64,000 nt of DNA, taken from positions 160,001 through 224,000 of the forward strand of contig JBIJDH010000003.1 of the NCBI GenBank assembly GCA_044344255.1. The letters run 5' to 3'. Made by a program: the position numbers and the translations under genes. This document shows, piece by piece, positions 61,750 to 64,000 of this stretch; positions within the stretch are counted from its first letter, which is position 1; each line of letters starts with the position of its first letter. The notes beneath the pieces are model-generated. The model worked only from the letters and a program-made list of their open reading frames with translations. It had not been told where the DNA came from and did no database searches. Source of the DNA: Myxococcota bacterium. GTDB taxonomy: Bacteria; Myxococcota_A; UBA796; UBA2385.

Positions 61750-62769
61750 CTACTTCTGGCCGGAGAGCTTCTCGAAGGCGGTGACGACCGTGGGATCATA
61801 GGCGCCGTTCTTGACGAGCTCGTGGCGTGCATCGCCGATCATGGACAGGTACGCTGCCTTTTTCTCCCCCTCGATGTCGATCCACTTGGCGGCCTCGATC
61901 CCTCCCTCCGCCTTCTTCGAGATGGCCAGGAAGGAGTCGAAGCTCTGGGATGCCCAGGTGCGGGACTTGGCGCCGAAGCCCGCCGGCATGTCGGCGGTTC
62001 GGGTGAGGAGCTGCAGGGTGAGCTGGGCCAGCGGGAAGCGCACCACCCCGCCGGTCGTCCCGACGCCCTTGAAGAGCTCCAGCGGCTTGTAGGCAGTCGC
62101 GGGGGCGTAGGCCACGTCGCATCCGTGGTTGTTGAACTTGGCGGCGAAGGTGCCGATGTCGGAGGGCACCGCCTGCGCGCCCACCCGGGAGACCATCACC
62201 TTGGCGGCGCTGTCGAAGTCCATGGTGCAGATCTTCTTGCCGGCCAGGGCCTTGACGTCGGCGACGCTCCGGTCGGAGACGTAGAGGTAGATCGCGCCTG
62301 CAGGGAAGATGCCGACCGTCTCGAACTCGCCGCTCTTCATCAGCGACTCGCCGGAGGCTCCGGAGAGGCCCAGCACGGCCTTCTTGAGCAGATCGTAAGA
62401 GGGGAGGAGGCCGAGGGCCTCGATGGAGTAGCTCTTGCGGTTGAACTGCTGGACGCGGACGCCGGTGATCAAGGCGGCGTCGCACTTCTTGTTGCGGAAA
62501 TCCGAGGCGGCGACCGCTTCGTCGGTGTAGGGCTTGAGGGTGAACTTCACGCCCCAGCCCGCGGCGGCCGACTGGTACTTCACGGCGTTCTGATAGGCGT
62601 CACCGGTGGTGCCGCTCGGGTCGTAGACGCAGAGCGTCTTGTTGACGGCGGCGGGCTGCTGGGCGAAAGCGGCGCCCTGATCTACGTCGGCGACGACGCT
62701 GGAGAGGCCGGTCGTGAGCAGCGCGAGTGCGGCGAAGCAGAGGGCGCCGAGCAGGTTCTTGGTCTTCAT
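61750..62769 (-). CDS. TRAP-type solute-binding protein (DctP-like, DUF6091 type)
   Basis: Signal peptide; LCVYDPSG, YTDEAVAASDF..CDAA, AGAIYLYV, KFNN, YKPLELFKG, PLAQLTLQ. Confidence 0.75.
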   Translation of the reverse strand: MKTKNLLGALCFAALALLTTGLSSVVADVDQGAAFAQQPAAVNKTLCVYDPSGTTGDAYQNAVKYQSAAAGWGVKFTLKPYTDEAVAASDFRNKKCDAALITGVRVQQFNRKSYSIEALGLLPSYDLLKKAVLGLSGASGESLMKSGEFETVGIFPAGAIYLYVSDRSVADVKALAGKKICTMDFDSAAKVMVSRVGAQAVPSDIGTFAAKFNNHGCDVAYAPATAYKPLELFKGVGTTGGVVRFPLAQLTLQLLTRTADMPAGFGAKSRTWASQSFDSFLAISKKAEGGIEAAKWIDIEGEKKAAYLSMIGDARHELVKNGAYDPTVVTAFEKLSGQK

Positions 62770-63875
62770 TTCCCGGACTCCGGTTGAGGTGTGATCGTGG
62801 GCGCGCCGGTCGGAGCCGGGGCGACCTCTTCGATGGGCAACGGGCCGAAGAGGTCGGGCATTTCAAGGAGATCGAGGGTCTGCGTCACCGCGCCCGGCAT
62901 TGAGCCGAAGGATCCTTGCGGGGTGCGGGCGCCGGTCTCCTGCATCCAGCGCTTGTCGGACTCGTGGCGGATCAGCAGGCCGCCGTATCGATCGAGGAGG
63001 CGCCACGCCGGATCGGCCGGCGTGCCGAGCGCGGTGGCGTGGGCGGCGAGGGCCCGGCCGAGCTCTTCTTCTTTCCCCTGGGAGGAGAGGGTCTGGATTT
63101 GAAAGGAACGGGCGAGGCGGACCTTCGCACGCTCACCCTTGAGGGCCTGCAGCTCGAGGGCGGCGAAGGGGTCGCTGCCTGCGGTGACGCCACCCGGGAT
63201 GCTGATCGCTACGGCGGCCTGCAGCGCCCCGGGGACCCCCCACCAGGCGTCGTCGTCGAGGCAGGCGGCCCCACGGCCCACCTTGGCGGGGATGTCGAGA
63301 GGCACATCGATCTCGTTCCCGCCGGCCCGATCGTGCAGCACAGAGAGGACCCCTGCGGAGAGGCCGAGCAGGTAGACCGCCTCGTCGTTCGCTCGCAGCG
63401 TGGGACACTCCCCGCCGATCTCGCCGAAGGCCGCCTCCAGGCTCCTCCACGATGCGTAGTAGCGGCGGGCCGCGTCGACGTGGGCCCGGCGCTCGACCTC
63501 AAGGTGGTCTTGAGAGGCGGTCGAGCGGCCCTCGTAGTTGGCCTGAAGCCGGAGGAGCTCAGCGTCCCAAGCGCGGAACTCCGCGCACATGCCGGCGGAG
63601 AGCTGCGTGAGCACCCCGGCCTTGGTTGGGTGATTGCCCACCGGCCCGATCACCGCCAGCATCGGCGCGGTGGCGGCGCCGGTCATGCAGGCCAGCTCGA
63701 CGTCATCGTCGGCCATCAGCGTGGGGAGCACCTTCTTCTGGACGAAGTTGTCGGTGAGGGCCGCGCAGCCGGTGAGGGCGCCCGAACCCAGCAAGCCCAG
63801 ACTCAGCAGGAGTGCGCCGCGGAGCCCATGGGCCACGGGCGGATCAGCGAGAGGGGGGCGGGGGCAGCCGGACAT
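62766..63875 (-). CDS. Helical lipoprotein, probable TatT component of a TRAP (TPAT) system
   Basis: ALTGC lipobox; DDDVELAC; all-helical pattern; AAGGAG SD; ATGA overlap with the binding protein. Confidence 0.6.
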   Translation of the reverse strand: MSGCPRPPLADPPVAHGLRGALLLSLGLLGSGALTGCAALTDNFVQKKVLPTLMADDDVELACMTGAATAPMLAVIGPVGNHPTKAGVLTQLSAGMCAEFRAWDAELLRLQANYEGRSTASQDHLEVERRAHVDAARRYYASWRSLEAAFGEIGGECPTLRANDEAVYLLGLSAGVLSVLHDRAGGNEIDVPLDIPAKVGRGAACLDDDAWWGVPGALQAAVAISIPGGVTAGSDPFAALELQALKGERAKVRLARSFQIQTLSSQGKEEELGRALAAHATALGTPADPAWRLLDRYGGLLIRHESDKRWMQETGARTPQGSFGSMPGAVTQTLDLLEMPDLFGPLPIEEVAPAPTGAPTITPQPESGK

Positions 63876-64000
63876 GGCGGTGTCTCCTTCGATTTGGCTT
63901 CGAGGGCGATCGGGCTTCGAGGGGTTGGCCTCTGCTTTCCCGAGGTGGGTGTTTCCCCGAGGTAGGTGTCCCCGGGATAGGGCCCCCGACCGCGCGGCGG

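Overview
GC-rich, densely coding bacterial chromosomal segment. The gene content (ElbD-like enzyme, Ftp-like type III PKS operon, many Cys/VWA lipoproteins, A2-type caa3 oxidase) suggests a Myxococcota/deltaproteobacterial-type organism; this is inference. I found no rRNA, tRNA, CRISPR array or mobile element. Main blocks: (1) FtsX-type ABC permeases with a LolA-like protein and an outer-membrane barrel; (2) tlpA, trmH, a TPR protein and def; (3) a ferredoxin, a LarA-like protein, a 1570-aa FAR/adenylation/ACP/acyltransferase/SCP2 enzyme and an SDR, resembling the myxobacterial ether-lipid (elb) locus; (4) three Ig-like+VWA lipoproteins; (5) transglutaminase, ABC ATPase, lipoprotein and mlaEF; (6) PP2C-cNMP phosphatase, lepB and a Nudix hydrolase; (7) cyoE/sco divergent from sco-coxBACD, a Zn-ribbon gene and mdh; (8) gpmI-ltaE, a DAO-family oxidase and a fused 2-oxoacid dehydrogenase E1; (9) rho-rpmE-DUF1385-prfA, where the Rho ATPase domain looks degenerate; (10) a type III PKS/methyltransferase/ACP/FAAL/oxidoreductase cluster; (11) a TatT-type TRAP transporter. 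The strongest leads are the degenerate Rho at the canonical locus and the ether-lipid-like operon with a LarA-family protein and an SCP2-extended megaenzyme. All family calls come from motif recognition by eye, not from database searches.
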